This document shows, one piece after another, positions 1 to 6,643 of a stretch of 10,477 nucleotides of DNA. How positions within the stretch are numbered: the stretch's first letter is position 1; each line of letters starts with the position of its first letter. Position numbers and translations under genes: made by a program. Under the pieces are notes generated by a model, which ran no database searches, was not told where the DNA came from, and saw only the letters and a list, made by a program, of their open reading frames with translations. This DNA is from a virus (taxonomy: Duplodnaviria > Heunggongvirae > Uroviricota > Caudoviricetes). The DNA is taken from IMG/VR virus record IMGVR_UViG_2711768074_000015, one strand, 5' to 3'.

Positions 1-134
1 CGCTGTCGTTCTCAAAATCGGTGGAGCTGCATGACAAAGTCATCGGGCATTATCTGAACATAAAACACTATCAATAAGTTGGAGTCATTACCCAGATATC
101 ATCGACTCTCAAAGGTGCTCTGGATATCAACAGC

Positions 135-1442
135 TTGATCATTGACTACGATAATGAAGATGTCCAAAGTTATTGGGAAGACGTTGTATTACCGAACTTA
201 AATGATAATGGTAATAAAGCTCTCACAAGAGATGAAACAATAGCCTATATTAAAGACAGTAAGCCTTGTAGAAGAATTAAAAGATTAATACATGATGATG
301 CTGTGTTGGAGGAACAAAAGGATAAAAACTTCATTGCAAAAATGATTGCAGAATATGCTGTGTCTAGAAATGCAATTATTTCTAGCAACACATCTGGCAA
401 TGTCATTCGGGGTGATGAAAGCGGAGTAAAATGGATTCAATGTGGTAATATCTTTGTCTCCCTATTTCATAAGGTTCAAGATGATCATGAAAACGATGGA
501 GATAGGATTTGGCAAACTCTCAATGATTCTCTCATTGAATGGAAACCATCTTATTATCAGTTAATAAAATCTGAAATTCAGAATGCAATCGAAGCTGAGG
601 CTTTATCTTTTGTAAATCATTTGGCTAACGATCATTACGGTCAAGCTGCGTGGTTAAATGAGATATTAAAATCAGACTCGCCTGATATTAGATGTAGAAA
701 TATTGACTTTGTATTTGGTAATTTATCAGAAGAGCTTTATCAAAGACTTAAAAATAATAATACGCTGGATGAATTTATCAAAAGTGTTTTTGATAGCTAT
801 TCAAATGAATACGCTAACAGCGGAGTTGCTGCATTGCTCCAATATTGCTCTTCAAAAATGGATCTGCCATCAAATAATGATACTTATCACGAAATGTATC
901 ATGCTTTAAATATGAATTTGTCTTCAAAGAATTTTGAAGATGGTCATATTTCTACTGGCACTATTTTCTTTGATACAGAGTCGAACAAATGGTATTTATG
1001 TGTATCTGCGGCATGTGATTTGGTTCCTACTCAGGGTAACGACCCTCACCATGTAAGATTAAGTCCGCACAGGCTCATTAAAGTTCTGGAGCTTTTTAAC
1101 GCCAGTCAGAGTAAAGCATTGCCATTTGCTGAACATTCGAAATATATATATGTAATGCATAAAAATCAAAGAAAATATCTCTCTATTTTCGAAGGGGATA
1201 AAACGCTTCCTGTTGTTGATTATATGGTGGTGTTGAATCATGGAACAACAGTTGATGGCGAAGAAAAAAATATTATTTCTGCCGTGTTTTTAAGTAATAT
1301 GGATGGCAACGTGCAAAATGTTCCTGTCCGACTCAAACTTAAATCTCAACTGAGAACTGGTTATGCAGAAAGATATCAGGCTATAGCGTCTCAGTATAGC
1401 TCAAGGATTGGTGTGGATTATGTATCAATGATGCTACCATAA
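135..1442 (+). CDS. Hypothetical protein, AT-rich cargo gene, function unknown
   Basis: Uninterrupted 435-codon ORF in a markedly AT-rich block. There is an in-frame stop at 75..77, only a TTG at 135 with no clear Shine-Dalgarno, and the first in-frame ATG is about 70 codons in (near nt 342), so the 5' end is uncertain. I recognise no family signature. There is a weak D-x13-EEK pattern near the C-terminus (VVDYMVVLNHGTTVDGEEK) that could be read as nuclease-like, but this is speculative. Confidence 0.5.
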   Translation: MIIDYDNEDVQSYWEDVVLPNLNDNGNKALTRDETIAYIKDSKPCRRIKRLIHDDAVLEEQKDKNFIAKMIAEYAVSRNAIISSNTSGNVIRGDESGVKWIQCGNIFVSLFHKVQDDHENDGDRIWQTLNDSLIEWKPSYYQLIKSEIQNAIEAEALSFVNHLANDHYGQAAWLNEILKSDSPDIRCRNIDFVFGNLSEELYQRLKNNNTLDEFIKSVFDSYSNEYANSGVAALLQYCSSKMDLPSNNDTYHEMYHALNMNLSSKNFEDGHISTGTIFFDTESNKWYLCVSAACDLVPTQGNDPHHVRLSPHRLIKVLELFNASQSKALPFAEHSKYIYVMHKNQRKYLSIFEGDKTLPVVDYMVVLNHGTTVDGEEKNIISAVFLSNMDGNVQNVPVRLKLKSQLRTGYAERYQAIASQYSSRIGVDYVSMMLP

Positions 1443-1513
1443 TTATTATATTTTAGGCGTGGTGATTTTTTTTCGCCATGCCTATTTTATATTTATCATC
1501 ACAATGATGTTGT

Positions 1514-1930
1514 TTATTTTTGTTTAAGTCTTCTAAGCTTCATGCATTCTAATGAGAATAATAATAGAGTTGTGCTGTATATAAAGCCAGAGTTAGTTAA
1601 TAACTTTAAATTTAATGCTTCAGGATTTTCACTGAGAAAGTGAAAGGCATAAACTAAGTATACAGCTAAAGTAGCCGTTCCAATTGTTGGTCCAATATCG
1701 CCTTGATCATGAGGTTCAAGGTTTACATTGAACTTGAAGATTAGCCATTCAAATCCCCAAGTAAAAAAAACAACTAATATCATGGCTGCGAATAATTTCG
1801 CGATGTTATCTGCTGATGGATTCATCAGAACAGATTGTTTCTGAAAAAATTCACAAAGTGAGAGTCCGAAAAAAATAAAAAAAAGTGGTCTGGAACTAAA
1901 TTTTTCAAAAACTTTGAATAGGGTTTCCAT
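1514..1930 (-). CDS. Small integral membrane protein (3-4 predicted TM helices), function unknown
   Basis: ATG at 1930 with AAGG upstream. The 138-aa product is dominated by hydrophobic stretches (LFFIFFGLSLCEFF, AAMILVVFFTWGFEWLIF, ATLAVYLVYAFHF, FIYSTTLLLFSL). AT-rich like the neighbouring 435-aa gene, and convergent with it. Confidence 0.5.
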   Translation of the reverse strand: METLFKVFEKFSSRPLFFIFFGLSLCEFFQKQSVLMNPSADNIAKLFAAMILVVFFTWGFEWLIFKFNVNLEPHDQGDIGPTIGTATLAVYLVYAFHFLSENPEALNLKLLTNSGFIYSTTLLLFSLECMKLRRLKQK

Positions 1931-1968
1931 TTTCTTTACCTTCAGGATTATATTAGCTATTCTGATAC

Positions 1969-3198
1969 TTAGGCTACCAGAGCATTTGATCTTTGAGCTT
2001 GAACGTAATCACTCCACCATTGCATCAAACTCTGTCGCTCTATCAGATATTCTGCACGATTGTATGCTGCGATAATTTCATCTTTTTTCGAGTGGGCAAG
2101 CGCTGCCTCAAGAACTTCAGCTCTGAATTTACCAGACTCCTCTGCCGCTGTTCGTGCAATAGAACGCATACCGTGAGCTACAAGCTCGCCTCCGAACCCC
2201 ATTCGGATGATAGCTGCGTTGGCTGTTTGTTCATGCATATGATTAAGAGGCGCTTTTATGCTGGGGAAAACCCATTCTCTATGCCCACTTATTGATTTCA
2301 TTAATTCAAGGATGCGCAAAGCTTCTTTACTCAAAGGAACTTTGTGAAGCTTTTTCATTTTCATGAAATCAGCAGGAATGTTCCAAATGCTGTTGGTTGT
2401 ATCAATATCAGACCACCTTGCGCGAACGGCTTCACCCGGACGAACCCATGTCAACAATTGCCATTCAATTAGCATACGTGTTTCCAACCGGATTGACGCA
2501 TTCGTCAAAGATTCCATAAACCTTGGCAATTCGCTTGGGGGAAGGGCAGGCATATTTTGCTTTTTTGGTTTACTGAATCTTTGACCAAGGTTGTCAGCCG
2601 GGTTGAACTCAATAAGTTCTTCAGTAGCTGCCCACCGGAAGATTTCATTCAGACGTGAAATGATACGGCGTAGAGTTTCCAATACGCCTCGTTGCTCAAT
2701 AGGATCAAGGTGTTGTTTTAAGAGCTTAGGTCGGATCTCATTGATAGGGACATTACCCAGACCGGGAAAGACATTTCTCTCTAAGCTGCGCCAGATGTCT
2801 GCTGCATGGTCTTGTGAGATACCTGATGTCTTTACCTTCTCATCTAACCATTTCCGCGCTACGGCTTGGAGAGTGTGCTCAGTAGCACTCTTTAATGCCT
2901 TCGCCTTATCGTTGTTATGGATTTGGGGATCAACACCATTTGCCAGAAAGGAGAGATATTCATCACGTAAGGCTCTGGCTCTTGCAAGGGTAAGGTGAGG
3001 ATATGTCCCAAGGCTCATTTTGGTTCTTTTCTTGCTCACTGGTACTGCATACCTGAAATACCAATTTTTCTTGCCTCCTTTCGCCAAAGGAGCGATTCGT
3101 AGAATCAGACCATCACCGTCAAACAAGTTGATTTCTTTATCGGCTGGCTTGGTGCTTTTGATTTCAGTGTCAGTGAGCTTCTTAGCGATTTTTGCCAT
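1969..3198 (-). CDS. int: Tyrosine recombinase / integrase, phage P4 (CP4-57 IntA-like) family
   Basis: The translation has the P4-type N-terminal arm-binding region (MAKIAKKLTDTEIKSTKP...FDGDGLILRI...WYFRY). The C-terminal catalytic region is HGMRSIARTAAEE ... AHSKKDEIIAAYNRAEYLIERQSLMQWWSDYV, colinear with P4 Int as I remember it (catalytic Tyr in the AYNR-type motif). I chose ATG at 3198 (GAGG 7-12 nt upstream; product starts MAKIAKK) over the ORF-track start at 3240, which has no Shine-Dalgarno. Confidence 0.9.
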   Translation of the reverse strand: MAKIAKKLTDTEIKSTKPADKEINLFDGDGLILRIAPLAKGGKKNWYFRYAVPVSKKRTKMSLGTYPHLTLARARALRDEYLSFLANGVDPQIHNNDKAKALKSATEHTLQAVARKWLDEKVKTSGISQDHAADIWRSLERNVFPGLGNVPINEIRPKLLKQHLDPIEQRGVLETLRRIISRLNEIFRWAATEELIEFNPADNLGQRFSKPKKQNMPALPPSELPRFMESLTNASIRLETRMLIEWQLLTWVRPGEAVRARWSDIDTTNSIWNIPADFMKMKKLHKVPLSKEALRILELMKSISGHREWVFPSIKAPLNHMHEQTANAAIIRMGFGGELVAHGMRSIARTAAEESGKFRAEVLEAALAHSKKDEIIAAYNRAEYLIERQSLMQWWSDYVQAQRSNALVA

Positions 3199-3201
3199 TT
3201 T

Positions 3202-3238
3202 GGGACCCTCGGTTTTTGGACCCTTCTTAGTGGGTCCC
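3202..3238. promoter_or_regulatory. Three copies of a 7-bp GGGACCC-type motif at 15-bp spacing in the leader of the P4-like integrase
   Basis: GGGACCC at 3202..3208, TGGACCC at 3217..3223 and GGGTCCC (the inverse complement) at 3232..3238, immediately upstream of the integrase ATG at 3198. The alternative reading is a repetitive GP(T/K)K peptide if translation started at 3240. Confidence 0.3.
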
Positions 3239-3294
3239 ATTCAGGGTGCCATAACTCGTAGTTCTCAGCAATTCTCACTGGACGACAATAGACG

Positions 3295-3328
3295 TAAAAA
3301 AGCCCGCAGAGCTTGTGCTGTGTGGGCT
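3295..3328 (-). terminator. Terminator-like hairpin followed by a U-run on the minus strand, about 36 nt downstream of the tmRNA 3' end
   Basis: Minus-strand arms GCCCACACAGC / GCTCTGCGGGC (about 9 of 11 pairs, 4-nt loop) followed by TTTTTT (the plus-strand A-run at 3296..3301). The position fits the native terminator of ssrA. Confidence 0.45.
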
Positions 3329-3363
3329 TAGTAGACTTCATTGAACTTCAAACAACTAAAAAG

Positions 3364-3400
3364 TGGTGGAGCTGGCGGGAGTTGAACCCGTATCCGAAAA
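3364..3400 (-). ncRNA. ssrA: 3'-terminal fragment of tmRNA (ssrA), a partial copy acting as an att-site junction, not an intact gene
   Basis: The minus strand reads UUUUCGGAUACGGGUUCAACUCCCGCCAGCUCCACCA. The last 27 nt match the T-arm, acceptor 3' strand and CCA end of E. coli tmRNA as I remember it (...GGACGCGGGUUCAACUCCCGCCAGCUCCACCA). The 3 differences lie at the 5' side and one would break the T-stem. The sequence upstream of the fragment (3401 onward) does not resemble the tmRNA body. Confidence 0.75.
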
Positions 3401-3448
3401 ATTCTTAACCAATTGAATATTAATGATTTTTCTAATTTAAAATACCTC

Positions 3449-3470
3449 ACGTGCATTTTACGTGCATATT
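3449..3470 (+). repeat. Tandem direct repeat ACGTGCATTTT / ACGTGCATATT (11-bp period)
   Basis: Read directly: ACGTGCAT at 3449..3456 and again at 3460..3467, about 50 bp from the att junction core and just downstream of promoter-like TTGAAT / TAAAAT elements (3412..3442). Candidate arm-type integrase sites or an operator. Confidence 0.5.
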
Positions 3471-3656
3471 GTAGTACCTCTAACGTCCTGATTCTGTCCA
3501 ACATTTTGAAGTGTTTAGGCGCCACTGGGGCGGTGATTAGCGCTGTTTTGTGCTGTTCATAGCACTTCAAGACTATTCAATTCAGAGCAATCGTTGAAGA
3601 ATTACCCGTAAGGTAATATCATACTATTTAGGTAACTGCGGTTATCACCATCAAGG

Positions 3657-3691
3657 GCCACTGATGACGCTGTTATCATCAGTGGCTTTTT
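3657..3691 (+). terminator. Rho-independent terminator (11-bp perfect stem, 8-nt loop, T5 tail) on the plus strand
   Basis: GCCACTGATGA (3657..3667), loop CGCTGTTA, TCATCAGTGGC (3676..3686), then TTTTT (3687..3691). No plus-strand ORF of 60 aa or more lies upstream of it in the ORF track, so it would terminate a noncoding transcript or act as an attenuator for the operon starting at 3734. Confidence 0.6.
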
Positions 3692-3733
3692 GTACCTTCA
3701 CTGCACAGCCAGTGAAGTGTTGAGGAGACTAGC

Positions 3734-4075
3734 ATGAGAACAGTAGCGAGAAGATCGATACAGACGATTGAGCGTCGGACTCAACTCGTCAGTTCTTTTG
3801 TTGACTCAAACACAGCAAACGAGTTCTTCGTGAGAAGACTGAGTGATCGTGTCTCCCCGGCACGTCAGCTGTTTATTGTGACATTGAACAATGAGGTTCG
3901 TGACGGTGACGTGATCCCGTTCGCTGAGATCGCCATGAACAAAGAAAAATTGCGCTATGTTGTGAAGCCAGCAGATCAGTATCCTCAGTATGTAAGCAGT
4001 AATCTGCTGAAGAAAATTGAAGCGGCAATTGCTCTATACATGCAGAAGAACTACAGGGAAATTAACTACCATTAA
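3734..4075 (+). CDS. Hypothetical protein (113 aa), first gene of a two-gene cargo operon
   Basis: ATG at 3734 with GAGGAG 6 nt upstream. The next gene follows 11 nt downstream. I recognise no family signature. Confidence 0.6.
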   Translation: MRTVARRSIQTIERRTQLVSSFVDSNTANEFFVRRLSDRVSPARQLFIVTLNNEVRDGDVIPFAEIAMNKEKLRYVVKPADQYPQYVSSNLLKKIEAAIALYMQKNYREINYH

Positions 4076-4086
4076 AAGGTTGCTGA

Positions 4087-4854
4087 ATGGCTCCTGCGTT
4101 AATACCTTCATATAACAAGGACTTGAACATTACGCCATTTGGCGAAAAACGTCTTATTGAGTCATTCTATTTTTTCACTGCCGAGGCTGGCTTACTGAGG
4201 GCTGATGAGTACATTGTCAGTTCTGGTGAGTTTCAGTACTACTTGGATGTGTATCAACTGGGATGTTCCACCGACGACTTTTTTTTAGACTATGGCAGTG
4301 ACCTTCTTGATTCGAAGGTTCCAATGCAGGATCTGGTCAATACCCTCTTGGGTCTTGATATGGTAGACGATAACAAAACGATAAGAATAGGTCGTATACA
4401 GTTCAACGACTTTAATTTTATCGAAGAGAACGGTCAGATGATGACCGGAAAGCAAGTGAAAAGCGCTGTTATCGCACAGGATTTCCAATCAGCAGGTTTG
4501 GCGCGTGAGATCTATAAAATGCTTGCGCGAAAGCATGAGTTTCTCATCTGCGATAACATTCAAAGTATTGCCGGTGGTGCTCTTTGGGCTAGTAGCATCA
4601 TTCGAATTGCCGAGGTACGGATCTACAATTCACGCACGAAGAAATTTATGGACATACTTGGTCCAGGTGCGCGTGGCGTTTCAGGTACTTTGCCATGGAG
4701 TGCGAATGATCTGTCTGTAGATGAGATTGTTCGCTGGGGTCGTGCGTATGATGATGAAAACTGTTGTCGTCACATTGTACATGTTATCTGTAAGGACCGA
4801 CTCATTGACGATCAATTTCATGATTATGTTTCGATAGGTGGCGCGACAGAATAA
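4087..4854 (+). CDS. Hypothetical protein (255 aa), second gene of the cargo operon
   Basis: ATG at 4087 with AAGG upstream, and a terminator immediately after the stop. The segment SAVIAQDFQSAGLAREIYKML loosely resembles the Q/R-x-x-G-x-G/A motif of GNAT acyltransferases, but this is a weak pattern match, not a call. Confidence 0.6.
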   Translation: MAPALIPSYNKDLNITPFGEKRLIESFYFFTAEAGLLRADEYIVSSGEFQYYLDVYQLGCSTDDFFLDYGSDLLDSKVPMQDLVNTLLGLDMVDDNKTIRIGRIQFNDFNFIEENGQMMTGKQVKSAVIAQDFQSAGLAREIYKMLARKHEFLICDNIQSIAGGALWASSIIRIAEVRIYNSRTKKFMDILGPGARGVSGTLPWSANDLSVDEIVRWGRAYDDENCCRHIVHVICKDRLIDDQFHDYVSIGGATE

Positions 4855-4859
4855 CCATC

Positions 4860-4888
4860 AAAAAGACCCGGCATTTGCCGGGTTTTTT
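4860..4888. terminator. Bidirectional intrinsic terminator between the convergent cargo operon and the phage integrase
   Basis: Stem CCCGGC (4867..4872), loop ATTT, GCCGGG (4877..4882), flanked by AAAAAGA upstream and TTTTTT downstream, so it gives a U-tail on both strands. Confidence 0.7.
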
Positions 4889-4895
4889 CTTCAAA

Positions 4896-6074
4896 TCACT
4901 TCTTCATTCCAGATTCCATTGCGGTTTTCCCGTCGTATTCAGCCAGGTATTTACCGTAATTGCGGAACAGCATTTCCGGCCCCTTATGCCCCATCTGCCC
5001 GGCAAGCCAGAAAAGGTTTACACCCTGGCTAATGTGTCTGGTGGCGAATGTGTGGCGCGTCTGGTACGGGTTACGGTAGCGCACACCAGCTTTTTTCAGG
5101 GTCGGCACCCATGCTTTTTTACGGATAGCGTCGGCGTTCGTCCAGGGATCTCCCGTTTTCGGATCGCTGAATATGAACTCACTTTTCATAAAGGTGTATT
5201 GCTTCTGCGCCTGCAGGGCCGCCAGCGCCTCACTGTTCAGCTCCACCTTACGGGTACCGGCTTTTGTCTTGGTGCCTTTAAGTACCCCTACGACACTGGC
5301 CGCCTGTATGTGCGCTGTATTACCTATAAAGTCGATATCGGTCCAACGTAATGCGCATAGCTCAGAGCTGCGTAGCCCTGTATTGAAGGCGAAGCGGAAC
5401 AGATTCTGCCATTCCTGATACTTGCAGTGCTGATATATGGCACTGGTTTCCGCAGGCGCAAACGGATCAACTTCGTAATCGTCGGCGTTCGGTTTACTGT
5501 CGACCACGTGATACCGGCTGGCGCTGACAAGAGTTACCGGGTTAATAGTCAACAGGCCATCAGTTACAGCCTCATCAATGGCGCTGCGCAGAAATGACAG
5601 GTTATTCCTGATTGTTTTCAGCTTAGTTTTTCGGCTGGCTATCCAATTTTTTAGTACCGCAGGCGTCAATTCTGTTACATGTAGTTTATGTAGTTCTGAT
5701 AGTGCTGATAGACATTTTTCGTAACCGCCAATGGTTGACGGCGACAGATTGCGGTTCATGCAAATTTTCAGGTATTCATCAAGATAGGACTTAATATTTT
5801 GGGTTTTCTTTACTACACCGAATAACTCCAGTTTTTTGGAACTGGGGAAATATTTCGCATATTCAAACGTTCCGCTGGCGATCTGATTTTGTATCTCCCC
5901 TAGCAGGCGCTCAGCATATTTAATACCACGTGTATTTGCCTCAAGCCGAGACAGGGGCTCCCTGCAAAGAACCCCTTTATATGTGAAAGTGATAACTAGT
6001 GTTGAAGCAGTTTTATGCTTACGAATAGTTACTCCTCTTGGCAGAGATAATAATCCTTGTTCTTTCTTGCCCAT
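4896..6074 (-). CDS. int: Phage tyrosine integrase (lambdoid type, with N-terminal arm-binding domain)
   Basis: 392 aa. ATG at 6074 with AGAGG upstream. The C-terminus YQTRHTFATRHISQGVNLFWLAGQMGHKGPEMLFRNYGKY has the R-H-x-x-R ... Y catalytic pattern of tyrosine recombinases. The N-terminal block GVTIRKHKTASTLVITFTYKGV is typical of an arm-binding domain. The 5' end overlaps the 3' end of the upstream xis-like gene. Confidence 0.9.
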   Translation of the reverse strand: MGKKEQGLLSLPRGVTIRKHKTASTLVITFTYKGVLCREPLSRLEANTRGIKYAERLLGEIQNQIASGTFEYAKYFPSSKKLELFGVVKKTQNIKSYLDEYLKICMNRNLSPSTIGGYEKCLSALSELHKLHVTELTPAVLKNWIASRKTKLKTIRNNLSFLRSAIDEAVTDGLLTINPVTLVSASRYHVVDSKPNADDYEVDPFAPAETSAIYQHCKYQEWQNLFRFAFNTGLRSSELCALRWTDIDFIGNTAHIQAASVVGVLKGTKTKAGTRKVELNSEALAALQAQKQYTFMKSEFIFSDPKTGDPWTNADAIRKKAWVPTLKKAGVRYRNPYQTRHTFATRHISQGVNLFWLAGQMGHKGPEMLFRNYGKYLAEYDGKTAMESGMKK

Positions 6075-6238
6075 TTTGAAACCTCTATTAAGTCGACCCA
6101 GCGTTCTTTAACTCCGTCGACTTTTAATACATGAACCCCTTCTTTCCATATTCCTCTTTGTATCCGTTTGTTAACGGCATCAACCGTTTCTCCCGCGTCG
6201 CGGCAGTAGGTTGATATAGGCACGCAATCCAGCCCCAT
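6029..6238 (-). CDS. xis: Excisionase-like small DNA-binding protein (Xis/AlpA-type winged helix)
   Basis: 69 aa, immediately upstream of int and overlapping it by 46 nt. GAGGTGA lies 5 nt before the ATG. The sequence ...ETVDAVNKRIQRGIWKEGVHVLKVDGVKERWVDL resembles the lambda Xis core (ETVRRWVRE...PPVKDGREY), recalled from memory. Confidence 0.6.
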   Translation of the reverse strand: MGLDCVPISTYCRDAGETVDAVNKRIQRGIWKEGVHVLKVDGVKERWVDLIEVSKWARKNKDYYLCQEE

Positions 6239-6246
6239 ACATCACC

Positions 6247-6393
6247 TCACATAACACTCAGCCCACGGCAGTGGCACCACACGTCAAACATTCGCTTCAC
6301 AACTTCACGACAGTAGAAGCCGTCAACATCTCGCGTCAGGTTATAGCGATTGCCGTAACGCTGGTGGACCCATTGTTCAAATGCTTTATTCAT
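6247..6393 (-). CDS. Small hypothetical protein (48 aa, Cys-rich), below the ORF-track length cutoff
   Basis: My own translation: MNKAFEQWVHQRYGNRYNLTRDVDGFYCREVVKRMFDVWCHCRGLSVM. ATG at 6393 with AAAGGAAG upstream. The stop lies 8 nt before the xis ATG. It fits the operon packing. Confidence 0.4.
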   Translation of the reverse strand: MNKAFEQWVHQRYGNRYNLTRDVDGFYCREVVKRMFDVWCHCRGLSVM

Positions 6394-6396
6394 TCT

Positions 6397-6639
6397 TTAC
6401 TTCCTTTTTATGGCTCGTAATTTTTTCAGGTGCTTTTCCTGCTCAGTGTCCGCGAGAATTTTGCGGTACTCCTGGTGGTCAATATGTTCGAACAGGCAGT
6501 TTAACTCACCAATGCGTACCCGCCCGGATCGTCCGTCCATCCGTCGAAAGAACACTGAGTGCTCAGTGATGCGAGTAATCACCACGGGGTATCCGGCTCT
6601 GTCCGTGTATATCTGACCGCGTTGAATCAAAGCGAACAT
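6397..6639 (-). CDS. Hypothetical small phage protein (80 aa)
   Basis: The ORF-track frame 6397..6675 starts at a TTG. I prefer the in-frame ATG at 6639, preceded by GGGGA, which also avoids overlapping the upstream 27-codon ORF. Product begins MFALIQRGQIYTDRAGYPVVITRI. Confidence 0.5.
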   Translation of the reverse strand: MFALIQRGQIYTDRAGYPVVITRITEHSVFFRRMDGRSGRVRIGELNCLFEHIDHQEYRKILADTEQEKHLKKLRAIKRK

Positions 6640-6643
6640 GTGG

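Larger units (their letters stand above)
1..3363. mobile_element. Part of a P4/CP4-57-like integrative island (integrase plus AT-rich cargo) lying downstream of the tmRNA 3' fragment; left boundary undetermined
   Basis: P4-family integrase immediately downstream of, and co-oriented with, the tmRNA 3' fragment and its terminator-like hairpin. The adjacent genes (135..1930) are visibly far more AT-rich than the rest of the window. A 10-nt copy of the tmRNA terminal sequence at 20..29 is a possible distal boundary but may be chance. Confidence 0.5.

Noticed and set aside
1443-1513. Terminator between the convergent AT-rich genes
   Set aside because: The only candidate (AGGCGTGG ... CCATGCCT around a T8 run) has a long loop and a T-run inside the loop, not after the stem; not convincing.
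1993-3331. Plus-strand ORFs 1993..2295, 2363..2584, 2591..2998 and 3020..3331 antisense to the P4-like integrase
   Set aside because: They lie entirely within or against a well-supported integrase CDS and have low-complexity, Cys/Arg-rich compositions typical of antisense frames of a real gene.
3328-3570. Minus-strand 80-codon ORF overlapping the tmRNA fragment
   Set aside because: It runs through the tmRNA-derived segment and the AT-rich repeat region, has no Shine-Dalgarno, and is explained by the att junction and noncoding structures.
3401-3726. An intact tmRNA gene body expected upstream of the 3' fragment
   Set aside because: The reverse complement of this stretch shows no resemblance to the tmRNA body as I remember it; only the terminal ~37 nt are tmRNA-like.
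5238-5247. Inverted copy of the att-core 10-mer (CAGCTCCACC) inside the integrase gene
   Set aside because: It lies in coding sequence (the reverse complement encodes part of ...RKVELNSE...) and in the opposite orientation, so it is most simply a chance occurrence. It also lowers confidence in the 20..29 copy.
4875-5530. ORFs 4875..5351 (+), 5173..5418 (+) and 5324..5530 (-) overlapping the phage integrase
   Set aside because: Alternative frames of the integrase CDS, which has clear catalytic motifs; no independent start signals.
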